Shown here in pieces: positions 37,943 to 47,915 of a DNA stretch of 64,000 bases. The stretch spans positions 1,728,001 through 1,792,000 of the forward strand of contig CAVYGN010000001.1 in the NCBI GenBank assembly GCA_963768055.1, written 5' to 3'. This DNA comes from an uncultured Spirochaetota bacterium (GTDB taxonomy: Bacteria; Spirochaetota; Brevinematia; Brevinematales; JAOACQ01). Made by a program: the position numbers and the translations under genes. The notes beneath the pieces are model-generated. The model was given only the letters and a program-made list of their open reading frames with translations. It made no database searches and was not told the origin of the DNA. The stretch's first letter is position 1, and every line of letters starts with the position of its first letter.

Positions 37943-40061
37943 ATGCGCATCCTTCTTTTAAACATACAGTTTTTTGCCTTCCCTTTTCCTTCTGGCTGAA
38001 AAGGGCGCTTCCGCAAACCGGACAGGACAACACCCTTCCCTCAGATTCAGCCGGCTTTAAAAAACTGGTAAAATCGCATGACGGATAGTTAGTGCAGCCG
38101 TAAAAGGCCCGCTTTTGCCGGCCCCTCTTCTGAACAACGTATCCGGTGCCGCACTTAGGACATTTACCCAGGGGCAGAGGTTTGGCATTTTTACAATCGG
38201 GCCAGCCTGAGCATGCAAGAAACAATCCGAATTTCCCAAGTTTTTTGACCATTTTCCTGCCGCATTTTTCACATATAAAATCCGTTTCTTCGTCGAAAGT
38301 TCCCTTTATACTGTCTATATTTTCATAGGCTTTAGAGAGGACCGGCCTGAACGTGCTGTAAAAATCACCAACGACATTTTTCCACATTTTTTTCCCTTCT
38401 TCGACCTCGTCGAGTTCCTCTTCCATTTCAGCCGTAAAATTTGTATTGATAAGCTCGGGAAAATTATCGACCAGGAGCTTGTTGACGGAGGACCCCAGGA
38501 CTGTCGGAATAAGCGTTCTGCCCTCCTTTTTAACATAATAACGCTTGGTAAGCGTGAATATCGTCGGGGCGTATGTTGAAGGCCTGCCGATCCCCAATTC
38601 CTCCATGGCTTTAACAATAGAGGCTTCCGAATACCTCGCGGGAGGTTCAGTAAATTTCTGCTCTTTTTTTATCTCGACAATATCAAGACGGTCATTTATA
38701 GATAGGTTTTGCGGAAGCTCTTTTTCCTTTGCGCCCCTTTCGCTAACCTTCAAAAATCCGTCGAAAACAATTTTTGAACAGCCCGCAGTAAGTATCTTGT
38801 TGCCGTTGGCGATTTCCACCGTACTCTGTTCAGATCTGGACGGGCTCATCTGGCTCGCAGTAAACCTTTTCCAGATTAGAGAATAAAGCTTATACTGGTC
38901 ATTGGTCAGGTGGTCTTTGACCTGGTCGGGATGATTATAAATATGCGAGGGCCTTATTGCTTCATGAGCGTCCTGGGAGCTCTTTTTGTTTGTAAAATAA
39001 TTCGGATTTCCCGGAAGATAGCTCTCCCCGAATTGTTCTTTAATATATTTCCTTACTTCTTCGAGAGCAACCGGCGAAATTCTCGTTGAATCCGTTCTCA
39101 TATATGTAATCAAACCGGTTCTGGACTTTCCAAGATCGATTCCCTCATACAGCTGCTGGGCCAGAATCATTGTTTTCATAGAAGTAAAGCCGAAAAGGTT
39201 GTTAGCGGCCTGCTGAAGGGTGCTTGTAATTAAAGGCGGATACGGAGAACGGGTAACCGTTTTTTTCTTGAAATCTTTAATGATTGAAACATTTTCAAGG
39301 AGTTCATTTTCGATTTTTTTAGCCCTTTCTCCGTCTTTAATCTCGGCCTTTTTCCCGTCTATTTTAGTCAACGCAGCTGTAAATTTTTCCTTATCTTTTT
39401 TGAAATCTACATCGATTTCCCAGTATTCGCCGGGTATAAATTTTTCTATCTCGCTTTCCCTTTCACAGATGAGTCTCAACGCCACTGATTGCACCCTGCC
39501 CGCAGATAGCTTGGATTTGACTTTTTTCCATAGAAGCGGGGAAAGCTCGTAACCGAATATACGGTCTATCACTCTTCTCCCCTGCTGGGAATCTACAAGT
39601 TTCAAGTCTATGTTTTCAGGGTGCCGGATCCTTTCTTCGATCTCCTCGACGGTAATCTCATTAAATTTAACCCGCTTTATCGGGACATTCCTGTCTTTAA
39701 TCTTCGGGATTACGTTCTTTTCAAAATCATTTTTAATATGCCATGCGATAGCCTCGCCCTCCCTGTCAGGGTCGGACGCCAGGATAACCTCGCTTGCTGA
39801 CCTTGCAGATTCCCTTAATTCCTTGATGATTTTGTATTTATCACGCATTATTATATAATCCGGATCGAATGTATCGAGGTTGACGCCCATTCTCGACCTT
39901 GGAAGATCTATCACATGACCTACAGAGGCCTTCACCTCGTAATCCTTGCCAAGGTATTTTTTTATAGTTGAGGCTTTTGAAGGCGATTCGACTATCACCA
40001 GTTTTTTCAACTTTTCTTTTTTTACAGTTTTGTTTTTATTTGCAGGCTTGTTTGCCATCAT
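37923..40061 (-). CDS. topA: DNA topoisomerase I
   Basis: IVESPSKA, SVGH, DPDREGE, SAGRVQS, ITYMRTDS, GIGRPST, C-terminal Zn ribbons. Confidence 0.97.
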   Translation of the reverse strand: MMANKPANKNKTVKKEKLKKLVIVESPSKASTIKKYLGKDYEVKASVGHVIDLPRSRMGVNLDTFDPDYIIMRDKYKIIKELRESARSASEVILASDPDREGEAIAWHIKNDFEKNVIPKIKDRNVPIKRVKFNEITVEEIEERIRHPENIDLKLVDSQQGRRVIDRIFGYELSPLLWKKVKSKLSAGRVQSVALRLICERESEIEKFIPGEYWEIDVDFKKDKEKFTAALTKIDGKKAEIKDGERAKKIENELLENVSIIKDFKKKTVTRSPYPPLITSTLQQAANNLFGFTSMKTMILAQQLYEGIDLGKSRTGLITYMRTDSTRISPVALEEVRKYIKEQFGESYLPGNPNYFTNKKSSQDAHEAIRPSHIYNHPDQVKDHLTNDQYKLYSLIWKRFTASQMSPSRSEQSTVEIANGNKILTAGCSKIVFDGFLKVSERGAKEKELPQNLSINDRLDIVEIKKEQKFTEPPARYSEASIVKAMEELGIGRPSTYAPTIFTLTKRYYVKKEGRTLIPTVLGSSVNKLLVDNFPELINTNFTAEMEEELDEVEEGKKMWKNVVGDFYSTFRPVLSKAYENIDSIKGTFDEETDFICEKCGRKMVKKLGKFGLFLACSGWPDCKNAKPLPLGKCPKCGTGYVVQKRGRQKRAFYGCTNYPSCDFTSFLKPAESEGRVLSCPVCGSALFSQKEKGRQKTVCLKEGCAYESKFI

Positions 40062-40250
40062 TTATTCCTTAGTAATGAATTACAATCTATTATTTTAACA
40101 GAATAAGAAAGAAACTCAAATTATTGCCGCTTTATTGATTTTTAAACCTTCGCCCGGATGCGGCCCCTGGTATAAATTTTATCAATATTAAAAGAGGGTT
40201 CATTAAAAATGTCAAATAGAAATGATTGTCAAATGGCGATTTGTATATTT

Positions 40251-40279
40251 TTGACTATAATCTCTTAATTCGGTAAAAT
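40251..40279 (+). promoter_or_regulatory. Sigma70 promoter for the lsrF operon
   Basis: TTGACT-17 nt-TAAAAT. Confidence 0.6.
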
Positions 40280-40334
40280 ATTGACCGGCGGTGATAGTCC
40301 ACCGAAAGAATTCCGCCGTAAAGGAGCATAAATT

Positions 40335-41135
40335 ATGGATTGGGGAATGAAGAACAGGCTTTCAAAGCTTTTTAAGCCGGATGGCCACTGTTTTTTTATG
40401 CCGATAGATCACGGCTATTTTCAGGGACCTACACACGGCCTGGAAAAACCCGGAGAGACTATCAAGCCTCTTCTCAAATACTGCGATGCTTTGTTCTGCA
40501 CACGCGGCGTACTGCGGGCTTGTGTCGATCCTGAAAACAGTCTTCCTATCATCCTCCGAGTTTCCGGCTGCACCAGTATTGTAGGAAAAGATCTGGCCAA
40601 CGAATCCCTGACTACCTCAATTGAAGATGTAATCCGCCTCAATGCTTCGGCTGTCGGCATTTCTGTATTTGTGGGTAGCGTTTATGAAAAGGAAACACTC
40701 GAAAATTTAAGCGATATGGTCAATATGGGCGAGGATTACGGGATCCCTGTAATGGCGGTAACGGCAGTCGGTAAGGAGATTGAAAAGAGGGAATCGCGTT
40801 ATCTCAGCCTGGCTTGCCGCATAGCAGCAGAACTGGGCGCTAAGGTCGTAAAAACTTACTGGTGTGAAGAGGGCTTCGATAAAGTTGTTGAAGGGTGCCC
40901 TGTCCCGGTCGTTATGGCCGGCGGCCCCAAATGTGAAAAAGATATCGAAGTAATGGAATTTGTATGGGATGGCATTCAGAAAGGGGCTGTGGGAATTAAC
41001 CTTGGCCGGAACGTCTGGCAGGGAAAACACCCGGTGGCAATGGCAAAAGCGCTGCAGGCCATTATTCATAAGAAAGCAACCGTCAGCGAGGCAATGGATA
41101 TTTTTAATGACGCTATCAAAACTTCAGGAAAATAA
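40335..41135 (+). CDS. lsrF: LsrF-like class I aldolase / 3-hydroxy-5-phosphonooxypentane-2,4-dione thiolase
   Basis: MDWGMKNRL, DHGYFQGPT, RIAAELGA..VKTY, VPVVMAGG. Confidence 0.88.
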   Translation: MDWGMKNRLSKLFKPDGHCFFMPIDHGYFQGPTHGLEKPGETIKPLLKYCDALFCTRGVLRACVDPENSLPIILRVSGCTSIVGKDLANESLTTSIEDVIRLNASAVGISVFVGSVYEKETLENLSDMVNMGEDYGIPVMAVTAVGKEIEKRESRYLSLACRIAAELGAKVVKTYWCEEGFDKVVEGCPVPVVMAGGPKCEKDIEVMEFVWDGIQKGAVGINLGRNVWQGKHPVAMAKALQAIIHKKATVSEAMDIFNDAIKTSGK

Positions 41136-41137
41136 AC

Positions 41138-42166
41138 ATGAAAGTTGCGGTTTATTATAATAACAAAGACGTGAGGATTGAAGAACGGCCTATACCAAAG
41201 ATCGGGCCGGACGAGTTGCTGGTCAAAGTTATGGCAAGCGGCATCTGCGGCAGCGACGTCCTGGAATGGTACCGCATCAAAAAAGCACCGATTGTTCTGG
41301 GGCATGAGATTTCAGGAATTATCATCGAAACCGGCAGCCGGATAACAAAATATAAAACGGGCGACCGTGTTTTTGTATCTCATCACATACCCTGTAATAC
41401 ATGTCATTACTGTCTTTCCGGTCATCACACGGCATGCCTTACATTGCAAACAACGAACTTCGATCCCGGAGGTTTTTCAGAATACATTCGAGTGCCGGCG
41501 CTGAATGCCGACCGCGGCGTATTTATCCTGCCGGATGAGATATCGTTCCAGGAAGGGACCTTTATTGAACCGCTTGCATGTGTTTTACGGGGACAGCGCA
41601 TCGCCGGCCTTAAGCCGGGACAAACTGTTCTGGTCCTGGGAAGCGGTATTTCCGGCCTCCTGCATATTATGCTGGCAAAAGCTTACGGCGCGGGCCGCAT
41701 AATCGCGACCGACATCAGTGAATACCGCATTAATGCCGCAAAGAAAAGCGGCGCAGATATCGTACTGAACGCAAAAGAAGACATCCCTTCGTCCGTAAAG
41801 CGGTTAAACGACGGCAGGCTCGCAGACCTTGTCATTATATGCACCGGTGCTTACTCCGCCTTTGCCCAGGCATTAAAGAGCGTGGATGCCGGGGGAACGG
41901 TCCTTTTTTTTGCCGCGACTGAACCCGGAGTTGAACTTCCTGTCCCTGTTAATGATTTCTGGCGAAACAGCATCACCCTGCTGCCCTCTTACGGCAACAG
42001 CCCCTACGATGCTACGGTTGCTATAAGCTTGCTGCGGAACAAACGGCTGCCTGTTCAGGAACTCATCACGCACGAACTTCCCTTAGATGACGCACAGAAA
42101 GGCTTTTCAATGGTTTCTGCATCGAACGAGTCGATCAAAGTTATACTGAAGCCCGATGCCCGTTGA
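41138..42166 (+). CDS. Zinc-dependent (sorbitol/iditol-type) dehydrogenase
   Basis: GICGSD, GHE, CxxCxxC..C, EPLAC, GSGISG. Confidence 0.9.
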   Translation: MKVAVYYNNKDVRIEERPIPKIGPDELLVKVMASGICGSDVLEWYRIKKAPIVLGHEISGIIIETGSRITKYKTGDRVFVSHHIPCNTCHYCLSGHHTACLTLQTTNFDPGGFSEYIRVPALNADRGVFILPDEISFQEGTFIEPLACVLRGQRIAGLKPGQTVLVLGSGISGLLHIMLAKAYGAGRIIATDISEYRINAAKKSGADIVLNAKEDIPSSVKRLNDGRLADLVIICTGAYSAFAQALKSVDAGGTVLFFAATEPGVELPVPVNDFWRNSITLLPSYGNSPYDATVAISLLRNKRLPVQELITHELPLDDAQKGFSMVSASNESIKVILKPDAR

Positions 42167-43070
42167 TTTTGTAAACAATCTGTATTTATTTAAAAACCGG
42201 GATGGAAAAGAAAGATATTACAGGAATTATAACCAGACCCTGAAGCAATGGCCGGTTCCATTCGATGAACATTATGTAAAAACATCATTTGGGGATACTT
42301 ATATTATTGAATGCGGAAAGAAAAAAGGGGAGCCGGTAGTATTCATGCATGGGTTGATGGACAGTTCCGCGACATGGTTTTCAAATGTAGAGGGATTAGG
42401 CAAGCACTATCGTCTGATTTTAATTGACAGCATTATGGATACCGGTAAAAGCAGGCCTGTCAGGCTTCCTCTGAATATCAAAGAATTGACAGACTGGTTC
42501 TCCGAAGTTATAGGGTTTTTGAATGTCCGGAAGGCTCATCTTGTCGGGCATTCGATCGGTGGTTTCGTTTCCTTCCATATAGCCCGCAGAATTCCTGAAA
42601 GGATAAATAAATTGATCCTGCTTGCCCCGACCGGGGTTTTCAGTAATATCAGCCTTAAATATATAATCAAAGCCGGTTTGAGGACCATTTTATTTCCAGG
42701 CCCCAAAGCGATAGATAAAATAATTAACCTTAGCCTTGCCCCCGCGAATTCCAGCCTTGCCGGCCATCCTGTACTGAAGCTGTCCAGGTCCGCCGCCCTT
42801 AACTCGAAATTCAGATCCCGCATCATACCCCTTTTTTCAGGAGTAAAAAAATACGAAAAGCCTGTTCTGCTCCTCCTGGGAGAGTATGACTGGCTTTTCA
42901 ACATGAAAAAAACAGTAAATAATGCGGAAAAGAATATGGCTTATATTAAGATTGAAATTATTAATGGTGCCGGTCATATGCTTCATTTTGAAAAAAACGC
43001 GACGGTGAATGCGGCTATTTTGAATTTTCTTGACACGTTACAAACGCCCTTTTGCGGCAATTCCCTATAG
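42156..43070 (+). CDS. Alpha/beta fold hydrolase
   Basis: HGL, GHSIGG, GEYD, GAGH. Confidence 0.85.
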   Translation: MPVDFVNNLYLFKNRDGKERYYRNYNQTLKQWPVPFDEHYVKTSFGDTYIIECGKKKGEPVVFMHGLMDSSATWFSNVEGLGKHYRLILIDSIMDTGKSRPVRLPLNIKELTDWFSEVIGFLNVRKAHLVGHSIGGFVSFHIARRIPERINKLILLAPTGVFSNISLKYIIKAGLRTILFPGPKAIDKIINLSLAPANSSLAGHPVLKLSRSAALNSKFRSRIIPLFSGVKKYEKPVLLLLGEYDWLFNMKKTVNNAEKNMAYIKIEIINGAGHMLHFEKNATVNAAILNFLDTLQTPFCGNSL

Positions 43071-43112
43071 CGCACAATCAGTTGTTTCAACTTTTAGAGG
43101 TAATTATTATCA

Positions 43113-44462
43113 ATGAGTTCATCTCCGGAATTTGAGGACAGGACCCGGATCCCGTTATCGCAATTGGTACTGCCGATGTTTATTGAAAACGTTATCAGGA
43201 CATCCCTGATGAGCGTAGACCGGTTGATGCTCTATTCGTATTCTGAAAAGGCGGTAGCGGCGCTGGGTGTAGTAAACCAGATGGCGTTTTTCATACAGAT
43301 CATCTACATGATGGTTGCCATCGGAGCCAGCATTCATATTTCCCAGAATCTCGGGGCCAATAAAAAGTACGAGGCGGGAATGTTCAGCCTGGCAAGTTTT
43401 GTACTGATAGGTGTTTTCTCTATAACCCTCAGCCTTCTTATCGTCATTTTCTCTTCAACAATATTGAACTTGTTTCCTCTTGAAAAAGAGGTAAGAATAT
43501 ACGCCGGCCAGTTTCTTTCCATCTATGGCGGCGGATCTTTTTTCATGGCTTTAAATATAGTACAGGCAAGTATACTCAGGTCGTACGGCCATTCGCGGGA
43601 CCCGATGGCCGTCAATATCTTCGCTCTCTTATTCACTATTTCAGGCAACGCCTTGTGCCTCTTCGGGCCTTTCGGGTTTCCGGTATTCGGAGTGCCGGGT
43701 GTCGCAACAGTCACTGTCCTGAGCCAGTTCCTTGCATTATGGATCATGGGCGCTCAGATTTTGAAGCGCAGGGATATTGAAATCCCGCTGAGGCAAATCT
43801 TCAGGATCCCGGGAATCTTTTTTTCAAAGATTTTAACAGTCGGCGTTCCTACCGCAGGGGAAAATCTCTCCTACAATATCGGACAAATTTTAATAATACG
43901 GATTATCGCAGGGCTCGGCACGGCTGCTCTCGCAGCTTACAGTCTGGTAATAACACTGTCCAGGTACGTATTTATTTCCGGGGTTTCAATCGGAACCGGC
44001 ACTCAGATCAAGGTCGGTTATTATGTCGGCTCTAACAGGCATGACGAGGCCCACCGCAAGGTTTACCGTTACTTCGCTTTCGGCATTACCATCAGTGCCG
44101 CGGCCATTATTATATTGAATTTGTTCAAAACTCCAATTATCGGACTATTCACGAAGAACCCTGAAATAACGGCAATCGCGTCTTCCGTATTTTTAGTCAG
44201 CCTGGCCCTTGAGCCCGGCAGGAATTTCAACACAATTATCATACCGGGCCTTAAAGGTGCCGGCGACGTCCGGTTCCCGGTATTTGTCGGCATGCTTTTC
44301 ATGTAGGGCATCGGCGTCGGGGGTGCATACCTTCTCGGCATTTATTTCGGATTGGGACTCATCGGGATCTGGATCGCTATGACTGCGGACGAATGGACGC
44401 GCGGAATCATTATGCTGTTCCGCTGGAGATCCGGCGCCTGGAGAAAAAAGGGCATTGTATAG
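43113..44462 (+). pseudogene. MATE-family efflux transporter interrupted by an in-frame TAG (44304-44306)
   Basis: MATE motifs throughout; after TAG the frame continues 51 codons (GIGVGGAYLLG...GIWIAMTADEWTRG...RWRSGAW) to TAG 44460-44462. Confidence 0.85.
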
Positions 44463-44465
44463 AAT

Positions 44466-45206
44466 TTATCTATAAGAATGCAATCCGGATAATAAAAAAG
44501 TTACGCCGAAGTAGTTGAACAGCATTGTCAGGGCGGCAGCGTAAATGAAAGCGCGGCGCAGGAAGATTTTCCCGGCGTGCCTTTCCAGGATCAGCAGGAT
44601 CAATGTAAAGAGGGCCCAGGTTTCTTTCGGGTCCCAGCTCCAGAAAGTCCCCCAGGAAAGCTGCGCCCAGAACCCTCCCGTTATTATCCCGAATGCGGTA
44701 AAATAAAAAGCCTGCTTCATTTCAGGTTCAAGATAATCTTCAGCCCTTTTTAAGCCTGCCTGGCCTAAGATTGTCAGGACAAGACCGATCGTAAGCGCCG
44801 CATAGCCGATGAATATTCCCGGCACATGGAACCATATCCAGAAAGATTCAAGCGCCGGGGGCCCCTCTCCCGCAATTTTCATTTCTTCAGGCATTAAAAA
44901 GGCTCCAGCCATTATTAAAACAGCGGGCACCAGGGCGAATGCCTTTATCTTTTCAGGAAAACGGGACAGCAAAACGATCTTCACCGCATAGAGAAAAGCA
45001 AAAAAAACCATGGATTCGTACATTCCGGCGAAAGGGGCATGCCCTGCGGTAACTGCCCTTATGATTATCCAGCAAACGAGGGATAAAATACCCGCATAGG
45101 CATAAAAAGAACTGCCGCGGATTTTAAAAAACAGATTTAATAAAATATAAAAAGCCAGCAAAACGCTGCCTGCGGAAAGCAGGAACGATTCAAGTACCAG
45201 CGTCAT
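44466..45206 (-). CDS. ccsA: Cytochrome c biogenesis protein CcsA/ResC (system II)
   Basis: WWD motif WAQLSWGTFWSWDPKETW, GHAP, WFHV, GLHSY. Confidence 0.92.
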   Translation of the reverse strand: MTLVLESFLLSAGSVLLAFYILLNLFFKIRGSSFYAYAGILSLVCWIIIRAVTAGHAPFAGMYESMVFFAFLYAVKIVLLSRFPEKIKAFALVPAVLIMAGAFLMPEEMKIAGEGPPALESFWIWFHVPGIFIGYAALTIGLVLTILGQAGLKRAEDYLEPEMKQAFYFTAFGIITGGFWAQLSWGTFWSWDPKETWALFTLILLILERHAGKIFLRRAFIYAAALTMLFNYFGVTFLLSGLHSYR

Positions 45207-45913
45207 TTTTTCATACCTTCATCGCAGTCTGTATACTGACGGGGATAAAAAATAAAAACACCCGTTAAAAGGAGGAAAATTACCGAAAATACACCCAGGG
45301 ACAGTAAAAAGGGGGAACTGACAAACCTCAGGACGCTTACAGTCCTGTAATTGTTTCTAATTATTCTGAAACCGTATTGCCGCAGGAGGGGAATATCGAC
45401 GGACTTTTCATCGAAAAGGCCGCTGCTAAAAACCGCACCGGTTTTATCAGCCAGAACAAAATTGAATATCATCCTTCCATTGATCCTTTCAAAGGGTTCA
45501 AATCTGAATATAAGCCCGTTTTCAGCGACAAGCTCCTCTTTCAAATCCGTCATATCAAAAGTACGGCCCCTGAAAGAAATCATCAAACTTTTAAATCCGA
45601 AATAATATCCTTTCTGATAGATATCCAATCCCTTAAACGAGGCCGGTTTATTGACCGATATTTCCGTGTAGGCGGAAGATCCTGGCGATAATATATCGAT
45701 ATCTGAAAAAATACAGGCCGTATTTCTCGAATTATTCGAAACTGTAAACAAACTCAGGCCGATTGTCGCAGGAACGCCCAATCCTGCAAGGCTGACCCTT
45801 TCACCCTCGCCTATTTCAATATCGACGGATTTTTGAGTGACCAATGCCAGAATAAAAAAAATAAAAAAAAGTAAGAAAGACCCATGTATCGCCCATAATT
45901 TTAAAGACTTCAT
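45203..45913 (-). CDS. Minimal CcsB/ResB-like cytochrome c biogenesis protein
   Basis: TM with His (WAIHGSFLL), periplasmic ISVNKP..FKG..IYQ motif, C-terminal TM; ATGA-coupled to ccsA. Confidence 0.7.
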   Translation of the reverse strand: MKSLKLWAIHGSFLLFFIFFILALVTQKSVDIEIGEGERVSLAGLGVPATIGLSLFTVSNNSRNTACIFSDIDILSPGSSAYTEISVNKPASFKGLDIYQKGYYFGFKSLMISFRGRTFDMTDLKEELVAENGLIFRFEPFERINGRMIFNFVLADKTGAVFSSGLFDEKSVDIPLLRQYGFRIIRNNYRTVSVLRFVSSPFLLSLGVFSVIFLLLTGVFIFYPRQYTDCDEGMKK

Positions 45914-47338
45914 CTAACGACCGGCCTTGAAGAACTTGATCTGATAGATATCCTGGGGCGTTTTTTTACCCTTTATTTTCCGGCCGGCCAGTATGTCGGC
46001 TTCCACCAGGTCCGGCACTGTCCTGTAAAAAGACTCCGTGGTCAGTATAGTGCCGGGCTTCGCCATATCACAGAGACGCGAAGCGACATTAACTGTGTCA
46101 CCGATCACCGCGTACTCCCGGCGGTTTTTGCTGCCTATATTTCCCGCCAGCACTTCTCCGATATTGATCCCTACGCCCACTTCGAGGCCCAGTTTAAGCG
46201 ACTTGACCCTGTTGATAATTTCAAAAGCGCAATTTATCGCTGCCCTGCTGTCCTCGAATACGGCCATTATCGCGTCCCCTATGAATTTATCCACGTCTCC
46301 GCCGCATTGCTCTACGGTCTCGGCCTGGGTTTCAAGGATCCTGTTAAGGTTTTCGATTACTTCCTCCTCCTTGTGGCTCTCGGTGTAAGCCGTGAATCCC
46401 CTGACATCCGAAAACAGGACGACTATATTTTTTCTTCTCTTGATCAGGGATAACTCACCGCCATTCTCGATCTGCGTCCTTGTAGATCCGGAAACATATT
46501 TTGAAAGTTTAAAACGCTCTTCAAGCCCCTTTATCATTATATTGATCCTCTGTGCCAGGCTGCCGAGTTCGTCCCTTCTTTTCAAATCGCACCTCGCGGT
46601 AAAATCTCCCTCCCCGAGGAGTTCTACCGCTTTGCCGATCTTCCTGATAGGGTTTATTACAAGGTTCCTGAAAAAAACGATCAGTACAAGGATCAGTATA
46701 ACAGCGACCGATCCGAAGAATGCAATTATCAGGTCTCTCGCCCGGTCTATCTGTAGGTAAGTTTGGACAAGCGACAACTTGTAACTTAAAACGCCCCTGA
46801 AGGGAAATTCGCTCCCATGGCACTTCATGCAATCCGACAGGTTAGTTATCGGGTAATAATATTCCAGTAGCTTCAGTTTTTCGTCAACATCCACCCTCCT
46901 GGTTTTACTTTTCAGCACGTCAGCCACATCGTCTTTGCCGTCCTCGATTTCGGCTTCAGTCCTCTTGTCCTGTATCCTGGGAGTTTCTTCGAAATAATAA
47001 TTCGACTGGTGCGAATTTACATATTCTAGGGTTTTGTAATCGCTGAAAGCAAGCATGCCGTTTGTCCTGTATATAGAGATTTCCTTGTAATCCCCTTCAT
47101 TCCTCAATTCCTCCATGCTTTTTACAAGAAGAGGGGCCTTGCCGTCCAGCATCATATTTCTGAGGACTGTCGTAAGCGTTTCGGTGTTCAAGTTCAAACC
47201 CCGTTCAGCCTCGGCTATCAGGTTAGTCCTCTGCGTATAATACATAAAATATACTGTAAATATTCCGGTTATGAAGAGGACAGAGATTATCAGGGTTATT
47301 ATCCTGAATTCAATCGATGAAAATCGCCCTGTTTTCAT
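45914..47338 (-). CDS. Membrane class III adenylate/guanylate cyclase with periplasmic haem-c (CxxCH) sensor and HAMP domain
   Basis: TM-periplasmic domain with CMKCH-TM-HAMP (RRDELGSLA)-cyclase (FSDVRGFT, VDKFIGD, GDTVNVASRL); GGAGG RBS before ATG 47338. Confidence 0.9.
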   Translation of the reverse strand: MKTGRFSSIEFRIITLIISVLFITGIFTVYFMYYTQRTNLIAEAERGLNLNTETLTTVLRNMMLDGKAPLLVKSMEELRNEGDYKEISIYRTNGMLAFSDYKTLEYVNSHQSNYYFEETPRIQDKRTEAEIEDGKDDVADVLKSKTRRVDVDEKLKLLEYYYPITNLSDCMKCHGSEFPFRGVLSYKLSLVQTYLQIDRARDLIIAFFGSVAVILILVLIVFFRNLVINPIRKIGKAVELLGEGDFTARCDLKRRDELGSLAQRINIMIKGLEERFKLSKYVSGSTRTQIENGGELSLIKRRKNIVVLFSDVRGFTAYTESHKEEEVIENLNRILETQAETVEQCGGDVDKFIGDAIMAVFEDSRAAINCAFEIINRVKSLKLGLEVGVGINIGEVLAGNIGSKNRREYAVIGDTVNVASRLCDMAKPGTILTTESFYRTVPDLVEADILAGRKIKGKKTPQDIYQIKFFKAGR

Positions 47339-47428
47339 AGCGTCCTCCAGGATGATAAGAAAGTGCTCTAAAGTGATTATCAAATATAATTAAATTGCAT
47401 ACGATTTGTCAATAAATAAATTGCAACT

Positions 47429-47496
47429 TCGAGTAGCGGGTAAACGGTTTTTAGTTACAAATTTTATTCTGGTAACTCGTTACTTGTTACTATCGA
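47429..47496. repeat. Imperfect inverted repeat built of heptamer-like units
   Basis: AGTAGCG/GGTAAAC/AGTTACA versus GGTAACT/CGTTACT/TGTTACT, bounded by TCGA. Confidence 0.4.
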
Positions 47497-47560
47497 CAAA
47501 AACATGCAAAATCCTGATGGGATATATATAATAATATTATGAATTGCAAGGAGGGTCTCT

Positions 47561-47890
47561 ATAATAAAAAAGTTGCTGATATCTATCCTTTTAATAATCC
47601 CCGTATTAACTTTTGTTTATCCCGCAGGGGCTGAAGAGACCTTTTTCAATGCCGCTGCCAAAGGCGATGTTTTGTTTATTAAAAATTATAAAGGCAATGT
47701 TAACGCGGCGGATAAAAACGGTATGACGGCTTTGATGCTGGCGGCCCAAAACGGACGATCTGAAACTGTTGAATTATTGATCACGGATAAGGCCGACGTT
47801 AATATCGCGGATAATAATGGTTATACGGTTTTATCGCTGACAAAATATCCTTCTATTATAAATCTTTTGAAAAAAGCCGGCGCAAAATAA
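47561..47890 (+). CDS. Secreted ankyrin-repeat protein (short paralog)
   Basis: VNAADKNGMTALMLAA..G repeats; the codon at RBS distance is ATA (47561), in-frame TTG at 47573. Confidence 0.75.
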   Translation: MIKKLLISILLIIPVLTFVYPAGAEETFFNAAAKGDVLFIKNYKGNVNAADKNGMTALMLAAQNGRSETVELLITDKADVNIADNNGYTVLSLTKYPSIINLLKKAGAK

Positions 47891-47915
47891 TCTTTCCGCA
47901 CAGGAGGAGTTTTCA

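Noticed and set aside
40272..40308. Resemblance to part of an FMN riboswitch (GACCGGCGGTGATAGTCC)
   Set aside because: The 5' and 3' halves of the aptamer are absent, the match overlaps a predicted -10 box, and the downstream gene is not flavin-related
43113..44462. Stop-codon reassignment or pyrrolysine read-through suggested by in-frame TAG/TAA in two genes
   Set aside because: Many intact genes here end in TAG or TAA at expected positions, the two cases use different codons, and no pyl genes are present
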